Shown here piece after piece: positions 51,347 to 62,417 of a stretch of 64,000 bases of DNA (the first letter of the stretch is position 1; every line of letters begins with the position of its first letter). Made by a program: the position numbers and the translations under genes. This DNA is from Planctomycetota bacterium (lineage in GTDB: Bacteria > Planctomycetota > JAJSAM01 > JAJVHW01): assembly GCA_965248445.1 (NCBI GenBank), contig CBDFJG010000003.1, positions 608,001 to 672,000 of the forward strand, in the 5' to 3' direction. Under the pieces are notes generated by a model that worked only from the letters and a program-made list of their open reading frames with translations, had not been told where the DNA came from and made no database searches.

Positions 51347-52708
51347 TCAGCGTGCGCGCGTGCCGATCGCGATGCGCTCGCGCGTGCTCTCCGTGACGCG
51401 AACGCGCCGCGCAAGAGTGATGCCGGGGAGAACGACCGGCCCGTTCTCGTCCGCGACGACGGGGTAGTGTGCCCGCGCCACGGACGGTACGCCGTTCCGC
51501 GCAAGCAACGACCGGATGCGGCGCGGTGCGTCTCCTCCGAGCGGGACGAAGCGCTCACCGGGTGCGGCGATCCGCACGGTCAGTCCGCCGACGAGGGCGT
51601 CGCCGTCCACGAATTCGGCGTCGCCCGGTGCCCGGTGCAGTTCGCGATCCACGTGAGTGGTGACTACGAGATCCGCCCACGGAACGCGTGCAGATCCCGG
51701 TACCGGGAGTGGAACGGCCTCTGCCGGCGGTCGCCCGTGCCCAGCTGGAACCGCGCGTGCGCCGAATGGTCCGGGGACGATCGTCAGGCCCGGTACATCC
51801 TCCTGTGCGCCCTCACCGGTCATTCGCCGCATGAGCCGCGCGGCTTCGATCCGCGAGAGGGGGTGACCGTCGCGGAATCCTCCCGCCACCTCGCCGAGCG
51901 CTCTCGTGAGCGCGCCGGCCGAGAGCCGCTCGTACCCCGTTCGCAGCTCGACACCTCCGTCGCGAACGTCGACGAAGCGGTGCGCAACAGCGAGGGACTC
52001 CGGCTCGGCGCGCGCGTTGTGTGCGAGCCGGGAGAGGAGCGGGACAGGATCGCGGCCCGAGATCTCGGCCAGGAGCGGAAGCGCCTCGTTGCGGACGCGC
52101 GCGCGGACGTTGCCGTCCACGTTCGTCGGATCGTCGTGCCAGGGCGTGCCGGAACTCTCGAGCTGCGAGCGGAGCCACCGGCGTCGGAGGAGGAGCAGAG
52201 GCCGAACGACGTCGATTCCGGCGGAGACGGGCCGACGGAATGGGATCCCTCGTAGACCGGTCAGGCCCGTGCCTCGGAGGATCCGCAGAATGACCGTTTC
52301 GGCCTGATCGTCCATCGTGTGAGCCGTTGCGACCACGTCGTACGAGTGCTCGCGAGCGACCTCGCCGAGGAACGCGTAGCGCGCCCGCCGGGCCGCTTTC
52401 TCCGGCCCGGTGCCGCCGTGACACTGAATCTCTCGTCGCTCGACGTGCGTGGGCAGATCGAGCGCCGCCCCCAGTCGTGCGACGAGTTCCGCGTCCGCCG
52501 GGCTGTCCGCCCGCAGTCCGTGGTCGAGGTGCGCCAGTCCGACAGACGCGAGACTCAGGTCCTTCCGGGTCGCGGAGGCGAGGCGCGCCAGCGCCACCGA
52601 ATCGGAGCCGCCCGAGCACGCGACCAGAACACGGGCGCCCGGCAGCACGCCGCAGTGGCGGCGCATGCCGATCCGGAAGCCGTCAGCCAGACTTGGGTCG
52701 ATCTTCAC
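51347..52708 (-). CDS. tilS: tRNA(Ile)-lysidine synthetase
   Basis: VACSGGSDS, HLDHGLR, ARRARY, TAHTMDDQAET, VRPLL, RARVR; C-terminal TilS domain. Confidence 0.94.
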   Translation of the reverse strand: MKIDPSLADGFRIGMRRHCGVLPGARVLVACSGGSDSVALARLASATRKDLSLASVGLAHLDHGLRADSPADAELVARLGAALDLPTHVERREIQCHGGTGPEKAARRARYAFLGEVAREHSYDVVATAHTMDDQAETVILRILRGTGLTGLRGIPFRRPVSAGIDVVRPLLLLRRRWLRSQLESSGTPWHDDPTNVDGNVRARVRNEALPLLAEISGRDPVPLLSRLAHNARAEPESLAVAHRFVDVRDGGVELRTGYERLSAGALTRALGEVAGGFRDGHPLSRIEAARLMRRMTGEGAQEDVPGLTIVPGPFGARAVPAGHGRPPAEAVPLPVPGSARVPWADLVVTTHVDRELHRAPGDAEFVDGDALVGGLTVRIAAPGERFVPLGGDAPRRIRSLLARNGVPSVARAHYPVVADENGPVVLPGITLARRVRVTESTRERIAIGTRAR

Positions 52709-52796
52709 GCCGGGATGCTACGCGCTTCCAAACCGTGTGGAGCCCCCGGTGGGAGAGCTAGCATCCGGGTTCGGTCTCGAACCTGAGGAGGATGTC

Positions 52797-53804
<1,008 letters not shown>

Positions 53805-53814
53805 CCCGCACCAG

Positions 53815-55053
53815 ATGCTCGGCCGCCTGACCGTCCGGGACCTCGACGTCGCCGGCAAGCGCGTGTTCGTTCGCGTCGACTTCAACGTCCCGCTGAACGA
53901 GGACGGCGAAGTCACCGACGAGCGACGCATCCGCGCGGCGCTGCCCACGATCGGTCTGCTGCGCGAACGCGGTGCCGCGGTCGTCCTGGCGAGCCACCTC
54001 GGGCGTCCGAAGGGCGAGGTTGTCGAGTCGCTTCGCATGGCGCCGGTTGCCGTCCGCCTGTCGAAACTCCTCGGCGTGAACGTCGCGACCACTGCGGCGA
54101 ATGTCGGAAGCGAGGTGCAGGCCGCCGCGAAGGCACTCGGCGCGGGTGACGTGCTGCTGCTCGAGAACCTGCGCTTCGATCGCCGCGAGAAGGAGTGCGA
54201 CGAGGAGTTCTCCCGCGAGCTCGCGTCGCTCGGGGACGTCTACGTGAACGACGCGTTCGGCGCCGCGCACCGCGCGCACGCTTCCATCTCGGGCGTGCCC
54301 GCGCACCTGCCGCAAGCCGCGGCGGGTTTGCTCCTCGCGAAGGAGCTCGAGTTCCTGGGCGGTGCTCTGGATGCGCCCGAGCGGCCGTTCGTTCTCGTGT
54401 TCGGCGGCGCGAAGATCTCCGACAAGGTCCCGGTGTTGCGCCGCCTGCTCGACCGGGTGGACGTGGCGGTCATCGGCGGCGCCATGGCGTACACGTTCCT
54501 GACCGCCCGCGGCGTGGACGTCGGCGCCTCGCGCGTGGAGACCGACGCCGTCGGGATCGCGGGCGAGATTCTGGCCGAAGCGGACCGCCGGGGCGTGCGC
54601 GTCCTGCTGCCAACCGACCACGTCGTCGCGGCGACGCTGGCCGAGGGCGTCGAAACGCGCGTCGATGCGCCGGGAATCTCAGGCGGGATGATGGGACTCG
54701 ACGTGGGTCCGGTGACTGCCGGAGCGTACGCCAGCGAGATCGCACAGGCGCGAACGGTGCTCTGGAACGGGCCGATGGGCGTCTTCGAGATCCCGCCGTT
54801 CGACAGCGGGACCCGCGTGGTCGGGCAGGCCATCGCGGACGTCACGGGACGGGGTGCGACGAGTGTGGTGGGGGGCGGCGATACTGCAGCCGCCGCGGAG
54901 ATCGCGGGCATCGCGAAGAACATGACGCACGTCTCCACCGGCGGGGGCGCGTCGCTGGCGCTCCTGGCCGGCGAGCGGTTGCCCGGCGTCGAGGCACTGA
55001 CCCGAACCCAGCGAACCCGAATCCAGCCAGAGAAGCCCGGAGAGACCGAATGA
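53815..55053 (+). CDS. pgk: Phosphoglycerate kinase
   Basis: RVDFNVP, SHLGRP, ENLRF, NDAFGAAHRAH, WNGPMGVFE, STGGGASL. Confidence 0.98.
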   Translation: MLGRLTVRDLDVAGKRVFVRVDFNVPLNEDGEVTDERRIRAALPTIGLLRERGAAVVLASHLGRPKGEVVESLRMAPVAVRLSKLLGVNVATTAANVGSEVQAAAKALGAGDVLLLENLRFDRREKECDEEFSRELASLGDVYVNDAFGAAHRAHASISGVPAHLPQAAAGLLLAKELEFLGGALDAPERPFVLVFGGAKISDKVPVLRRLLDRVDVAVIGGAMAYTFLTARGVDVGASRVETDAVGIAGEILAEADRRGVRVLLPTDHVVAATLAEGVETRVDAPGISGGMMGLDVGPVTAGAYASEIAQARTVLWNGPMGVFEIPPFDSGTRVVGQAIADVTGRGATSVVGGGDTAAAAEIAGIAKNMTHVSTGGGASLALLAGERLPGVEALTRTQRTRIQPEKPGETE

Positions 55054-55742
55054 CGGAGATGCCCCCGATCCTCATCGCGCCGAGCTTGCTCTCGGTCGAC
55101 TTCGGGCGTCTGGCCTCTGGCATGCGCACGGTCGAGGACGCCGGCGCCGATCTCCACCACGTCGACGTGATGGACGGTCACTTCGTGCCGAACCTCTCGA
55201 TCGGACCGCCCGTGGTGAAGGCGATCGCGCGCGAGGCCGCCATTCCGATGGACTGCCATCTCATGGTGACGGACCCGCTGCTCTACGGCGAGCGCTTCGC
55301 GAAGATGGGCGCGTGGACCGTCACGTTCCACATCGAGGTGGCCGATGACCCGGCAGCGATGGCCGCGGCGCTCCGCGAGATGGGCGTGCGACCGGGCATT
55401 GCGATCAACCCGCCGACGCCCGTCGAAGCCCTCGAGCCCGCACTCGATTACGTCGACATGGTGCTCGTGATGTCAGTCAACCCGGGCTTCGGCGGACAGT
55501 CGTTCATTCCCGAGGTTCTGTCGAAGGTCGAGGCCCTGCGCGGCCGCTACGGCTACGGCGGCGATATCGAGATGGACGGTGGCATCGCTCCTTCGACTAT
55601 CGGATCGTGCGCCGCCGCCGGCGCGAACGTGCTCGTCGCGGGCAGCGCCGTCTACGGAGCCGAAGATCCGGCCGCCGCGGTGCACGAGTTGCGCCGGCTG
55701 GCCGAGCATGCAGCTGTCTCCGAGGCGCAGGAAGCACGCTGA
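55050..55742 (+). CDS. rpe: Ribulose-phosphate 3-epimerase
   Basis: IAPSLLS, HVDVMDGHFVPN, MSVNPGFGGQ, MDGGI, VAGSA. Confidence 0.97.
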   Translation: MTEMPPILIAPSLLSVDFGRLASGMRTVEDAGADLHHVDVMDGHFVPNLSIGPPVVKAIAREAAIPMDCHLMVTDPLLYGERFAKMGAWTVTFHIEVADDPAAMAAALREMGVRPGIAINPPTPVEALEPALDYVDMVLVMSVNPGFGGQSFIPEVLSKVEALRGRYGYGGDIEMDGGIAPSTIGSCAAAGANVLVAGSAVYGAEDPAAAVHELRRLAEHAAVSEAQEAR

Positions 55743-56578
55743 TGGGGTGGCCGTTCCGCCGCAAGCGCGAGATGCCGGAGGGGCTCTGGAAGGTCTGTCC
55801 CGGGTGTGACAAGTACATCTACAAGGCGCAGATCGAGGAGGCGCTCGAGTGCTGCCCCGAGTGCGGTGAGCACTTCATGATCAGCGGCCGCGGGCGCATC
55901 GAGATCACGCTGGATCCCGGCTCGTTCGAAGAAACCGGTGCCGACGTCGCAGGGCGCGACGTCCTCGGGTTCGTGGACAGCAAGGGTCCGTACTCGAAAA
56001 AGCTCGACTCGGCGCAGAAGCGCACCGGCATGGCGGACGCGTGCATCGTGGGCTGGGGACGCATCCACGGTATCCGTGTCGTGGTTGCCTGTCTCGACTT
56101 CACGTTCCTCGGTGGTTCGATGGGGCACGCCGTCGGCGAGAAGGTCGCTCTCGCGCTCGAGATCGCACTCGAAGAGGAGCTGCCGTGCATCGTGTTCTCG
56201 TCGTCGGGCGGCGCGCGCATGCACGAGGGCGCACTCTCGCTGATGCAGATGGCGAAGACGTCCGCAGCGGTCAAGCGCTACAAGGACCGCGGCCGGTGGC
56301 CGTACATCTCGGTGCTCACGCACCCGACCACGGGCGGGGTCACAGCGTCGTTCGCCGCGCTGGGCGATCTGATCATCGCGGAACCGGGAGCGCTGATCGG
56401 GTTCGCCGGACCGCGGGTGATCAAGCAGACCATCCGTCAAGACCTGCCCGACGGGTTCCAGCGCGCGGAGTTCCTGCTCGAGAAGGGCTTCGTCGACCGC
56501 ATCGTGCCGCGTGCCGAATTGCGGGACCAGGTGGCGCAGATCCTGGCGCTGCTGCTGCCGGTCGCGTCGCGGGCGTAG
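55742..56578 (+). CDS. accD: Acetyl-CoA carboxylase carboxyltransferase beta subunit
   Basis: GLWKVCPGC...CPEC zinc finger, FLGGSMG, SGGARMHEG, PTTGGVTASF, IGFAGPRVI. Confidence 0.97.
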   Translation: MGWPFRRKREMPEGLWKVCPGCDKYIYKAQIEEALECCPECGEHFMISGRGRIEITLDPGSFEETGADVAGRDVLGFVDSKGPYSKKLDSAQKRTGMADACIVGWGRIHGIRVVVACLDFTFLGGSMGHAVGEKVALALEIALEEELPCIVFSSSGGARMHEGALSLMQMAKTSAAVKRYKDRGRWPYISVLTHPTTGGVTASFAALGDLIIAEPGALIGFAGPRVIKQTIRQDLPDGFQRAEFLLEKGFVDRIVPRAELRDQVAQILALLLPVASRA

Positions 56579-56599
56579 CGCCGGCAGCCCGGCAGATTG

Positions 56600-56992
56600 C
56601 TACGGCGACTCGGTCCAGCTGACGATCGCGGGCAGGCTGCCGCTGTCCTGCGCGAGCCGGACCCGGACATGGCGCGTCAGCTCGACGGCGAAGGGCGCGG
56701 CGCCGGTCGTCGCCGCCACGCGCAGCTCCTCTCCGTCCACGGAGATCGAGACGGCAGCGGGGCCGATGAGGGTGGCCTCACCGACGTACGAGCTGTCGGA
56801 CTGCAGCGCGGCCCGCGCCAGGTCGACTCCGCCCATGAGCGCGGCGTCGAGGTGCGCGTCGGCGCGGTCGCGCGCGTGCGAGAGAGCCATGGCCCGGGCC
56901 CGGCTGACGTGAGCTGCACCGAGAGCGGCGAACACGATCATTAGCAGCATCGCGTAGAGGAGAGCGGTGCCCGAGTTGCTGCGGCGTCTCAT
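56600..56992 (-). CDS. PilX/GspK-like minor pilin
   Basis: MRRRSNSG|TALLYAMLLMIV: a class III-like signal lacking Glu+5; last gene of the pilin run. Confidence 0.6.
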   Translation of the reverse strand: MRRRSNSGTALLYAMLLMIVFAALGAAHVSRARAMALSHARDRADAHLDAALMGGVDLARAALQSDSSYVGEATLIGPAAVSISVDGEELRVAATTGAAPFAVELTRHVRVRLAQDSGSLPAIVSWTESP

Positions 56993-57417
56993 CGCGCGCC
57001 GCCCGCACGGAGTCCCACCGTCAGCGAACGCTGGGTCGTTGGAGCGGAGAGGACGACGTTCACCTGTCCGTCGTTCACTTCGGCCGCCAGGTCGTGGATC
57101 CGGCGAGAGACGTCCTCGTCGCAGCCGCCGGCCGAACGGGTCAGGCCGCGGGGGCCGGCACGCCAGACGACCTCGCGGCCGGCGAGCGACAGGACCAGTG
57201 CGTCCTCGCGCAAGGCGGCCTCGGAGGCTGCGCGCAGGTCGAGCGCGATGCGGCGGCGGGCGCGCGAAGCGGCGTCGGCGTCCTCCATGCGTGCGTCCAC
57301 CGCGCGGGCCGCTGTCGCAGTGCGCAGGAGAGTCGGGAACACGGCCGCCGTAACCGTCCCGATCATCGCCAGCGAGACCATCAACTCGACCATCGTGAAG
57401 CCCCGTTCGCGGCTCAT
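56989..57417 (-). CDS. Prepilin-type N-terminal cleavage/methylation protein (PilW/GspJ-like)
   Basis: MSRERG|FTMVELMVSLAMIG; GGAG RBS; 4-nt overlaps with neighbours. Confidence 0.85.
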   Translation of the reverse strand: MSRERGFTMVELMVSLAMIGTVTAAVFPTLLRTATAARAVDARMEDADAASRARRRIALDLRAASEAALREDALVLSLAGREVVWRAGPRGLTRSAGGCDEDVSRRIHDLAAEVNDGQVNVVLSAPTTQRSLTVGLRAGGAR

Positions 57418-57779
57418 CGTGGAGTCTCCGTCGCGATCAGTGTGGTGAGCGTGCACTCCGCGCCCTCGTTCTGCACCGTCACCACGACCTCGAGGAGGCC
57501 CGGTGCGACGGCGCGCACGGTCCGCTCGGCTGAGCCGCCGGGAAAGCGACGGAGGGGGATCGCCGATGTACCGGTCGCGAGCGACGCGGGGTGCGCGCGA
57601 CTCTTCTCGAGCAGCGCAGCTGCAGCATCGCGGACCGCGTCCCGCCGCGCCGACTCCTGCACGAAGCGCGATTCCGCGTTGCCCGCGACGCGCGTGCCGG
57701 CCAGGAGGATGACGATCACCGCCAGGGCGATCACCCCCTCGAGCATGGCCCAACCCCTGCTGCCTCGCGCGCCGGTCAC
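57414..57779 (-). CDS. Prepilin-like protein (PilV/GspI-like)
   Basis: (V)TGARGSRG|WAMLEGVIALAVIVILL with Glu+5; GTG start overlaps the upstream stop. Confidence 0.72.
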   Translation of the reverse strand: MTGARGSRGWAMLEGVIALAVIVILLAGTRVAGNAESRFVQESARRDAVRDAAAALLEKSRAHPASLATGTSAIPLRRFPGGSAERTVRAVAPGLLEVVVTVQNEGAECTLTTLIATETPR

Positions 57780-58864
57780 TGGACGGACTCCAGGAGCGTT
57801 CCTTGAGCGGAGAAGAACATGAGCAGGATCAACGTCAGCAGCGCGCCGACCGCCAGCGCAGCGGCCGCCGGGAACGCACGGACCAGCGCGTCGGCCCCGC
57901 TGCGAGCCCGTTCCACGCACCGCGACGCGAGAACGCGCAGGTGGGCTGCAGCGTGCGGCCCGACCGAGAGCAGCGCGGCACGCTCGCTGACGCCGGGTGG
58001 AAGCGGCAACGCTCGCCACGCGGTCCCGGGGTCGCCGCCGCTCGCCAGCGCGTGCGAGACGCGCTGTGCGGACCTTCCGACGCGCGAACCATCGGCTGCC
58101 CTCCCGGCGTTGGCCATGCTCTTCGAGAGGTCGTCTCCTGCGTCCAGCCTGAACGCGACGACGTCGAGGAACCGCGCCGCGTCCGCGTTCGCGAACACGC
58201 GGCGCACTCCCGGTAGCGTCGCGTAAGCCGTGCGCAGCATGCGCGCCGGCCCGCTGAGGAACGGCATGTGTCTTCCGGTCATCTCGACGATGGCGCCCAC
58301 GACGAGGACGAGAGCGGTGACCACGATCACGTACGAAGCCGCGTCGCATGCCACTTGCCATGAGTACGCACGCTCGATCTCCATTGACTCGAAGATCTCG
58401 TCGAACTTGCGCAGGATCTGGAACACGAACACCACTCCGACGAGCACGACGGCGGGGTAGACCATCGCCGCGGCGAAGCGGTGGCCGACATCGAGGCGCT
58501 CGCTGGTCGTCCGAGCAGCGCGTTCGAGCGCCGCCGCCACGGCCGGCGTGCCGTCCGCTGCCTCGAGCATGGCGCGCTCGTGACCGGCGAGGCGCAAGGG
58601 CCGGCCCAACGCTTCCGCCAGGGGCTCGCCCATATCGAGCCCGCGCGCGACGGCGCGGAGTCGATGGTGCGCCCAGCCGCGGTGCTCGTGCGCGGCGTGC
58701 CAGAACAGGAGAGGATCGACGGGAAGACCTCGCCGTACTGCCGCCGCTGCCGTCTCGAGCACACGCGCGCACCGCTCGTCCGCCAGTCGAACACGGGCCC
58801 GCAGGCTGAACACGTATGCGAGGAGCACGAGCGTGGCACCGGTCAGGATCGTGAGCGCATCCAC
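57776..58864 (-). CDS. Divergent type II secretion F-family protein
   Basis: VRRGLP, LDMGEPLAEAL, AAMVYP plus TM helix, second T2SSF-like repeat. Confidence 0.7.
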   Translation of the reverse strand: MDALTILTGATLVLLAYVFSLRARVRLADERCARVLETAAAAVRRGLPVDPLLFWHAAHEHRGWAHHRLRAVARGLDMGEPLAEALGRPLRLAGHERAMLEAADGTPAVAAALERAARTTSERLDVGHRFAAAMVYPAVVLVGVVFVFQILRKFDEIFESMEIERAYSWQVACDAASYVIVVTALVLVVGAIVEMTGRHMPFLSGPARMLRTAYATLPGVRRVFANADAARFLDVVAFRLDAGDDLSKSMANAGRAADGSRVGRSAQRVSHALASGGDPGTAWRALPLPPGVSERAALLSVGPHAAAHLRVLASRCVERARSGADALVRAFPAAAALAVGALLTLILLMFFSAQGTLLESVQ

Positions 58865-58867
58865 CGG

Positions 58868-59971
58868 TCAGCCCCTCGCGTACAGCAGTTGGGTGGCCAT
58901 CCGGAAGAGCGGAACGATGAACGAGTACGCCATCAGCAGGACCACGATCCCGACGGCGACCTCCAGGGCCGGACCGACGAACGTCGAGACCCGTTCAGAC
59001 GCGCGCTCCAGCCGCTGCGCGTGAATGCGCGCGACCTCGCGCACCGCCGCGGCTCCCTCGCCCCGCTCCTCCGCCGGCGCGACCAGCCAACCGAGCGACG
59101 GCGAGATGAGATGCGAGGTCTGGAGCGCGTCGGCGAGCCCCGCCCCGTCCTCGGCCGCCTTGGCCGCGGCGCCGGCGCGACTCCGCACCTCCGGATCCTC
59201 GATGACGGCGGCGGAGAGGGCGAGTGCGTCGTCCAGCGGGACCTGCCTCGCGAGCAGCGCAGCCAGCGCGGAGGCGTGCGTCGCCAGAGCGCGCAGGAGA
59301 CGGAGGCGCCCGATGACGGGCAGCCGCATCATGAGCCGGGGTGCAGCGCCACCTTCCAGTGGCCGGCGGCGAGCCATCACGATCAGCACGATCACGGCGA
59401 GCACGATCACAAGACCGACAGCGGCGAGCGGCGCGAAAGCCAATCCGCCCGGCGCCAGGGCGGCGACCATGCCGTTCGTGTCGGTTCCGCGCGCGCCGAT
59501 CAGCTCGAGCCGCAGCGACTGCAGCATCGGAGCCACGACGATCAACAGGACGGTGCCGATGACGAACGCGAACGAGCCCGCCATGAGAGGGTAGGCGGTC
59601 GCCCGCCGCAGACGGCGCGTCACACGCGCGGTCAGCTCGGCGTGCTCCGCGCAGGCGTCGAGCGCACCCGCCACGTCGCCGGACTCGTGACCCGCGCGAA
59701 GAAGCGTCGCGTGGAACGGCGGAAGCGCACCGGACTGGCGCGCGTAGGCGTCGTGCAGGGGCAGGCCCTGCTCGACGTCCTGAGCGACGGCGGCCAGCGC
59801 CCCCCGCACGATCTCGTCGTCGGCTGCGGAGTCCACTGCGGCGAGCGCCGCGCCCAGCGGCACACCCGCGCGGCAGAGCGCCGCCAGTGTCCGGTGCGCC
59901 TCGGCGAGGTGCTCCTCCCGCGTCGCGCGCCCAGTCAGCGCGTTGGTTACGATCTCACGACCCGAGGACAC
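58868..59971 (-). CDS. Type II secretion F-family (GspF/PilC-like) protein
   Basis: LCRAGVPL, VEQGLPL, AGHESGDV, ATAYP, RLPVIGRL, AEERGE, VGPALE. Confidence 0.85.
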   Translation of the reverse strand: MSSGREIVTNALTGRATREEHLAEAHRTLAALCRAGVPLGAALAAVDSAADDEIVRGALAAVAQDVEQGLPLHDAYARQSGALPPFHATLLRAGHESGDVAGALDACAEHAELTARVTRRLRRATAYPLMAGSFAFVIGTVLLIVVAPMLQSLRLELIGARGTDTNGMVAALAPGGLAFAPLAAVGLVIVLAVIVLIVMARRRPLEGGAAPRLMMRLPVIGRLRLLRALATHASALAALLARQVPLDDALALSAAVIEDPEVRSRAGAAAKAAEDGAGLADALQTSHLISPSLGWLVAPAEERGEGAAAVREVARIHAQRLERASERVSTFVGPALEVAVGIVVLLMAYSFIVPLFRMATQLLYARG

Positions 59972-61085
59972 GCCGCACCTCCTCCTGGGTCGTCACACCG
60001 CCAGTGATCAGTCGCGCGGCGTCGTCCGCCAGCGTCCCGCAACCGTCTGCGGCCGCGGCCGCCGCCAGGCGCTGTCCGTCTCCACGGGCGAGGATCGCCT
60101 CCCGGAGAGCGGCGCCGGGCTTGACCCATTCGGCGATGAGTGCGCGCCCCGCGAAGCCCGTCCCGCCGCACTCGTTGCATCCGCCGTCGCAGCGTTCGCA
60201 GCGGCGGCGCAGCAGGCGCTGGGCGAGGACGCCTCGGACGACGGTCGTGAGCACGAACGGCTCGACACCCATGTCGAGCAGCCGCGCGAACACGCCGACG
60301 GCGGTGCCCGCGTGCACCGTCGAGGCAACGAGATGCCCGGTGAGTCCGGCTTCGAGGGCGACCCTCGCCGTCTCGCGGTCACGGATCTCGCCGACCAGCA
60401 AGACGTCGGGGTCCTGCCGGAGCAACGAGCGCAGCGCACGCGGGAAGTCGAGACCCGCACTCGCCGACACCTCGGTGTGCACGACGCCGGGGAGCACACG
60501 CTCGACGGGATCCTCCACGCTGACGACGCTGCGGCCGGGTGTGCGCGCGAGCAGATCGCGCAGACACGCGTGGAGCGTCGTCGTCTTCCCGCTGCCGCTC
60601 GGTCCGGTCAGCAAGACGACGCCGTCCGGCTGCGCGAACGCGTGGCGCAGTTCCTCGACGACGTGCACCGACAGCCCGAGCGCGTCGAGCGGATGATCCT
60701 CCGCCTCGGGCGCGTCGAGCCGTATCGCCACCCGTTCGCCGAGTACGGCGGGGAACGTCGCGACGCGCAACTCGCGCCCGGTCGGGGAGCGATCCGCCGG
60801 GACGCGTCCCTCCTGCGGGAGGTCGCTCCTGTACGCGAGCAGCGATGCGAGGGCCTTCAGGCGGCCGACCACGCGGGGCAGTTCGTCGATCGTGAGGCGC
60901 TCGAGGTCGTGCAGGACCCCGTCCACCCGCACGCGCACCCGCACGCCGTCCCGTTCCGGATCGATGTGCAGATCGCTCGCGCCACGCGCGGCCGCTGCCC
61001 GCAGCAATCGCTCGACCACGACGACGGCGCCGGCCGGTGCGGGGGAGGCCGCGGCGGGGGAAGCTGGAGCGTCGGTTCTGCGCAT
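59955..61085 (-). CDS. Short GspE/PulE-family secretion ATPase
   Basis: ASDLHIDP, RVRVDG, LPQEGR, GPSGSGKTT, SVEDPVE, LLVGEIRD, STVHA; lacks the long N-terminal domain. Start is 61085 or 61115. Confidence 0.9.
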   Translation of the reverse strand: MRRTDAPASPAAASPAPAGAVVVVERLLRAAAARGASDLHIDPERDGVRVRVRVDGVLHDLERLTIDELPRVVGRLKALASLLAYRSDLPQEGRVPADRSPTGRELRVATFPAVLGERVAIRLDAPEAEDHPLDALGLSVHVVEELRHAFAQPDGVVLLTGPSGSGKTTTLHACLRDLLARTPGRSVVSVEDPVERVLPGVVHTEVSASAGLDFPRALRSLLRQDPDVLLVGEIRDRETARVALEAGLTGHLVASTVHAGTAVGVFARLLDMGVEPFVLTTVVRGVLAQRLLRRRCERCDGGCNECGGTGFAGRALIAEWVKPGAALREAILARGDGQRLAAAAAADGCGTLADDAARLITGGVTTQEEVRRVLGS

Positions 61086-61166
61086 GGTGGAGGCGGCGGA
61101 ATCCGCCGGTTCCACATCGGCATTTCGAGGCTGGCGAGTCGATCGGCCGGCCTGAGGCGAGGCCGA

Positions 61167-62099
61167 TCAGGCTCCGAGAAGCGCCCCGACGTGAGCCTCG
61201 ACTGATTCCGCGAGGCCGGTCAGGTCGTACCCGCCCTCGAGCAGCGCCACCATTCGCCCGCCCGCCAGCGGAAGCAGCAGCTCCGTCATCCGGCCGAACG
61301 CGCCGGAAGAGACCCGCGTGGCACTCAGCGGATCGCGCACGTGGGCGTCGAACCCGGCGGACACGAGGATCAGCCCGGGATCGAATGCCTCGATGGCGGG
61401 CACGAGCACCTCCTCGAACGCTGCGAGGTACTCGCTGTCTCCGGCGCCCGCGGCCATGGGCAGATTGAGCGTCGCCCCCGCACCGTCACCGCGCCCCCGT
61501 TCCTCCGCGGCACCGGTCCCCGGGTACCAGGGCCATTGGTGGGTGCTCGCGAAGAAGACATCCCCGCGCTCCTCGAACAGGTGCTGCGTTCCATTGCCGT
61601 GGTGGACGTCCCAGTCGACGATCGCCACACGCTCCACGCCGTGCTCGCGGCGGGCGTGCTCGGCGGCGAGCGCGACGTTGTTGAAAAGGCAGAAGCCCAT
61701 CGAGCGATCCCGTTCAGCGTGGTGCCCGGGCGGGCGGCACGCGATGAAGGCGCGGTCCCAGGTCCCGTCCAGCACGCGATCCACCGCCCCGAGGGCGCTT
61801 CCGACCGCCGTCAGAGCGGCTTCGTAGGAGCGCTTCGAGACCACCGTGTCTCCGCCGTCCAGAGCACCGCCCCCGGCTGCCGAGACGCCGGCAGCACGGG
61901 CCACGACCTGCGGGTCGTGGAGTGCCGTGATCGCCTCGGGCGACACGGGTGCAGGCTCCCAGATGTCGAGTTCGTCGCGGAGCCCCGACTCCTCGACCCG
62001 CGACAGAATCGCGCGCAGGCGCTCCGGACGCTCTGGGTGACCGCGCCCCGTGTCATGGGCCAGGAAGACCGGGTGCTCGACGAAGCCGACGCGTGGCAT
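61167..62099 (-). CDS. Histone deacetylase-family Zn-dependent amidohydrolase
   Basis: HPERPERL, RPPGHHA, GFCLFNN, DWDVHHGNGT, SAGFD, LEGGY. Confidence 0.94.
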   Translation of the reverse strand: MPRVGFVEHPVFLAHDTGRGHPERPERLRAILSRVEESGLRDELDIWEPAPVSPEAITALHDPQVVARAAGVSAAGGGALDGGDTVVSKRSYEAALTAVGSALGAVDRVLDGTWDRAFIACRPPGHHAERDRSMGFCLFNNVALAAEHARREHGVERVAIVDWDVHHGNGTQHLFEERGDVFFASTHQWPWYPGTGAAEERGRGDGAGATLNLPMAAGAGDSEYLAAFEEVLVPAIEAFDPGLILVSAGFDAHVRDPLSATRVSSGAFGRMTELLLPLAGGRMVALLEGGYDLTGLAESVEAHVGALLGA

Positions 62100-62128
62100 C
62101 CGGGGAGGATACGTGAGCAGCGCCCAAG

Positions 62129-62413
62129 GAGTCTGTCGGAGTAACCCAGCGAGCCACGATCGTCAGAGGCCGGATGCCCGCAAGGAGGACCAAGGAATGC
62201 AGGTCCATCGACCTGCTGACGCGGTCCGACGCCGCGGGGGCCGGACTCTGACGACCCCTCGCGAGATTCGGGACCCACACTCGGGGCGCTGCGACGGTGG
62301 CCGTCTGCGGCGTTGGACCTCCTCGACAACCCACCGGGGGTGCCTTCATCGGTCCGCCTTGCATACGGGCCACCGGCGCAGCGTCGTGGACGCGGGGCTA
62401 CTCCGACAGGCTC
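62129..62413. mobile_element. Putative MITE / non-autonomous IS derivative (285 bp)
   Basis: 19-bp terminal inverted repeats GAGTCTGTCGGAGTAACCC and GAGCCTGTCGGAGTAGCCC (17/19 identical), flanks CAAG and CTAG, no transposase. Confidence 0.7.
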
Positions 62414-62417
62414 CTAG

